From a virus (taxonomy: Duplodnaviria; Caudoviricetes), in IMG/VR virus record IMGVR_UViG_3300038317_000024, positions 1 through 57,947 of that record: 57,947 nucleotides of DNA; one strand, given 5' to 3'. The notes beneath the pieces are model-generated. The model worked only from the letters and a program-made list of their open reading frames with translations, was not told where the DNA came from and did no database searches. The position numbers were made by a program, and so were the translations under genes. This document shows, one piece after another, positions 55,617 to 57,947 of the stretch. The first letter of the stretch is position 1. Each line of letters begins with the position of its first letter.

Positions 55617-55969
55617 TCAGATACTACTTAACACAAAGACCACCAATGCCCGGAGCTTTTCCGGGCAAGCCAGTGAACATGGAGACATACGACGAAAGAA
55701 AGTACGTTAGCGAAATAGGAAGGCGCGCATGGGGATGGGTAGAATACCAATGGCCATTGACAGAGAAGGAAGTAGACGACTACGAGCTAACCAGACCGAT
55801 AAAGTTCAACATAATAGACCTGAAGACGAACGAAATACTGGCCACAGTGAGCGATAAAGGAACAGCCGACAGAATGTTTGTACACATGCAGAAGAAGTAC
55901 CCAAAAAAGAAACTATGGATAGGAATTTCAAACGGAAGGGAGAGAAGAACTGATGATATTCAGGGTTAA
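55613..55969 (+). CDS. DarA_C-like (defence-against-restriction A C-terminal) domain protein
   Basis: YYLTQRPPMPGAFP..GRRAWGWVEY..PLTEKEVDDYEL. Confidence 0.65.
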   Translation: MIRYYLTQRPPMPGAFPGKPVNMETYDERKYVSEIGRRAWGWVEYQWPLTEKEVDDYELTRPIKFNIIDLKTNEILATVSDKGTADRMFVHMQKKYPKKKLWIGISNGRERRTDDIQG

Positions 55970-56156
55970 TAACGGCAGACACATACAAGTCAGCCAAACA
56001 AAACCAGATGGGCCGGTGAAGGTGGAGACATACGCACCAGCAGGCGACAACATGACCAAAGAGCAAAGCATACAGATAAGCCCCGGAGACTTTGTGATGA
56101 TGATCAACTGGTATAGGTACCAGAAAGAAAACGGAAACGGAAATTTGAACTTTTAG
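55953..56156 (+). CDS. Hypothetical protein
   Basis: ISPGDFVMMINWYRYQK; overlaps upstream gene. Confidence 0.6.
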   Translation: MIFRVNNGRHIQVSQTKPDGPVKVETYAPAGDNMTKEQSIQISPGDFVMMINWYRYQKENGNGNLNF

Positions 56157-56164
56157 GAGGAGCT

Positions 56165-56425
56165 ATGAGCAAACCATATTACGAGATAGACCAAGTGACC
56201 CAAAACACAATCATGGAGCTTAAAAAGAAGTGCACAGAGCTCGACCTGGGGAATGTCAGCTTTCAATACTACCCAACCAGATCCAGAACGGAGGAGACGG
56301 AATTCTACCTGACAGAATACACAGAGCACTGGGAACTTGTAGTAAAGCAGAGATGGGCGAAGACGGCCGACATTTACAGGATAGAAGAGAGCAGCCTAAA
56401 CTACCAATATTCAGAAAAGGATTAA
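56165..56425 (+). CDS. Hypothetical protein
   Basis: AGGAGG RBS; 86 aa. Confidence 0.65.
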   Translation: MSKPYYEIDQVTQNTIMELKKKCTELDLGNVSFQYYPTRSRTEETEFYLTEYTEHWELVVKQRWAKTADIYRIEESSLNYQYSEKD

Positions 56426-56438
56426 GGAGGAAACAGCC

Positions 56439-56591
56439 ATGACAAACGCAGCGGCAATCGGGTACATGATCAGAGCAGCCAAACAGACCAAACTCGATAA
56501 CAAGATCATAAAAATACTTGAGGTTTTGATGCTTGAAGAGATGGACTTTCACACCGAGGAAGAAGCAGAGAGAACATATCAAAGTTATTGA
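56439..56591 (+). CDS. Hypothetical protein (50 aa)
   Basis: AAGGAGG RBS; MTNAAAIGYMIRAA..EEEAERTYQSY*. Confidence 0.6.
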   Translation: MTNAAAIGYMIRAAKQTKLDNKIIKILEVLMLEEMDFHTEEEAERTYQSY

Positions 56592-56603
56592 GGAGGAGCA
56601 GAC

Positions 56604-57524
56604 ATGAAGGATTTAAGGGATAGGATCGCCGGAGCATTATACGGCGTAGCAATAGGGGACGCGCTGGGCGCTCCCCTGGAGTTTATGAGCAAAGACGAAA
56701 TAGCCAGGAAGCATGGCAGGGTAACAGAGATGATCGGAGGAGGCTGGCTAAACGTTAAGCCAGGAGAAGTGACAGACGACACCCAAATGACACTGGCAGT
56801 AGCGGAAGGAATCGTAGCGAACCCAGACGACCCAATCCAGGAGATAGGAGCCCGCTTCATTGAATGGGTAAAAAGTGGCCCGAAGGACATCGGAGGAACC
56901 TGCAACATGAGCATACGCGGAGCAGCCACAAGGAGCCACCAGGAAGCCCCAAACGAAGAGAAATGGATTGAGGCAAGCAAATATACCTGTGAAACAAACA
57001 GAGGGCGCAGCGGCGGAAATGGAGCCCTAATGCGTACGGTTTACCCTGGTCTTTATTACGAAGGACAGCTGGAGGCAGTAGCGGCGGCTGCAAGCATAGC
57101 GCAAATGACTCACTGGGACGAGAAATCAACCGAGGCTTGTATTTTATACACAGGAATGATACAGTTAATAACTGGATCAAATAACGACAGCGGAGCATGG
57201 CTGCACGTTAACAGAACGCTCAAAGGAAGCGAGTACAAACTGGAGCCAAGAAAAGACGTAGAGCCTACCGGATACGTAATAGATAGTTTCAAATGCGCCC
57301 TTCACAGCTTGGCAACAACGGAGACATTCGAAGAAGCCATCATAGAGGCGGCCAACCTTGGAGGAGACGCAGACACAATAGCAGCAATCACCGGCGGACT
57401 GGCCGGAGCAATATACGGATACAAGGAAATACCAGAGAGATGGATCCAGTCACTCGATCCAAAGACCAGGGCGCAGCTTGACAGACTCATAGACGCAGCG
57501 GTAACGAATAGGGAGGACGAGTAG
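56604..57524 (+). CDS. ADP-ribosylglycohydrolase (DraG/ARH family)
   Basis: GDALG, TDDTQM, GNGALMR, TH, GGDADTIAAITGGLAGA all present. Confidence 0.92.
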   Translation: MKDLRDRIAGALYGVAIGDALGAPLEFMSKDEIARKHGRVTEMIGGGWLNVKPGEVTDDTQMTLAVAEGIVANPDDPIQEIGARFIEWVKSGPKDIGGTCNMSIRGAATRSHQEAPNEEKWIEASKYTCETNRGRSGGNGALMRTVYPGLYYEGQLEAVAAAASIAQMTHWDEKSTEACILYTGMIQLITGSNNDSGAWLHVNRTLKGSEYKLEPRKDVEPTGYVIDSFKCALHSLATTETFEEAIIEAANLGGDADTIAAITGGLAGAIYGYKEIPERWIQSLDPKTRAQLDRLIDAAVTNREDE

Positions 57525-57525
57525 C

Positions 57526-57831
57526 ATGGCAGGACACGGAAGACCACTAAAGGGAAAGACCAAGCGAGCTCCGATCACAGTTCACGCAGCCGTCGGAATG
57601 ATTGAAACGATAGATGAGTACGTAAAGGAAAGAAACCAGCAACAGGAAACGGCATATTCACGCTCGGACTTTTATAATGAGGCAGCGGTACTCTTCCTGA
57701 AACACATAGAACGCTTCCCAGAAGAGGAAAAGGACGAAGAAGAAATGAACCGTACCAAAAGCGTACCGAAAAAAATCAGAGAGAGAAATAACGGAGATAA
57801 TACGAATAATACAAATAATAAAAACCAATAA
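57526..57831 (+). CDS. Ribbon-helix-helix-like DNA-binding protein
   Basis: GRPLKG..PITVH (strand)..IETIDEYV..SRSDFYNEA (helices). Confidence 0.55.
   Translation: MAGHGRPLKGKTKRAPITVHAAVGMIETIDEYVKERNQQQETAYSRSDFYNEAAVLFLKHIERFPEEEKDEEEMNRTKSVPKKIRERNNGDNTNNTNNKNQ
57748..57768 (+). repeat. Probable integrase arm-type sites near attR
   Basis: AACCGTACCA + AAAGCGTACCG, matching 144-165. Confidence 0.7.
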
Positions 57832-57865
57832 AAATGAGCCAACGTAACACAACAAACTTTTAGAT

Positions 57866-57881
57866 TATCGAGTGGGAGTAA
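57866..57881 (+). repeat. attR core (TATCGAGTGGGAGTAA)
   Basis: Displaced guaA end ATC GAG TGG GAG TAA. Confidence 0.9.
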
Positions 57882-57888
57882 ATAAAAT

Positions 57889-57940
57889 AACGCCGGAGAC
57901 CCACATGATTGCTGGGCTTCCGGCGTTTTGTTTTACTTTT
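57889..57940 (+). terminator. Original host guaA terminator
   Basis: AACGCCGGA / TCCGGCGTT stem with T-rich tail. Confidence 0.7.
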
Positions 57941-57947
57941 TGAGTAC

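Larger units (their letters stand above)
72..57881. mobile_element. Temperate prophage with contractile tail (myovirus-like), integrated in guaA, apparently intact
   Basis: Flanked by direct repeats; contains integrase, repressor/cro, replication, terminase, portal, capsid, sheath, tube, tape measure, baseplate and lysis genes in canonical order. Confidence 0.95.

Noticed and set aside
1-57947. tRNA, rRNA or IS elements
   Set aside because: No cloverleaf, rRNA-like sequence or transposase recognised by eye; a covariance-model scan was not run

Overview
The window is one apparently complete ~57.8 kb temperate prophage of a Firmicutes (probably Clostridia) host. It has a contractile tail (PBSX/Xkd-like sheath, tube and baseplate) and is integrated into the 3' end of guaA (attL 72-87, attR 57866-57881). 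Module order: integrase/immunity, early recombination and replication genes, late regulator, ParB-methylase, terminase, head, tail, a complete diversity-generating retroelement (target with VR, avd, TR, RT), lysis, and a terminal accessory operon. Most notable observations: (1) a 1140-aa MuF minor head protein fused to a HipA/PI3-4-kinase-like domain, a Rho-N-like motif and a possibly ADP-ribosyltransferase-like C-terminus, followed by a small candidate immunity gene; (2) a terminal operon (DarA_C-like, DUF3873-like, ADP-ribosylglycohydrolase, RHH-like) whose promoter carries the same 17-bp operators as the immunity region 52 kb away; (3) a non-coding second copy of the replication-origin repeat architecture between terL and portal, plus related repeats at the presumed late promoter; (4) a DGR with 14 TR/VR differences, all at TR adenines. 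All family assignments come from motifs recognised by eye; no database search was run.
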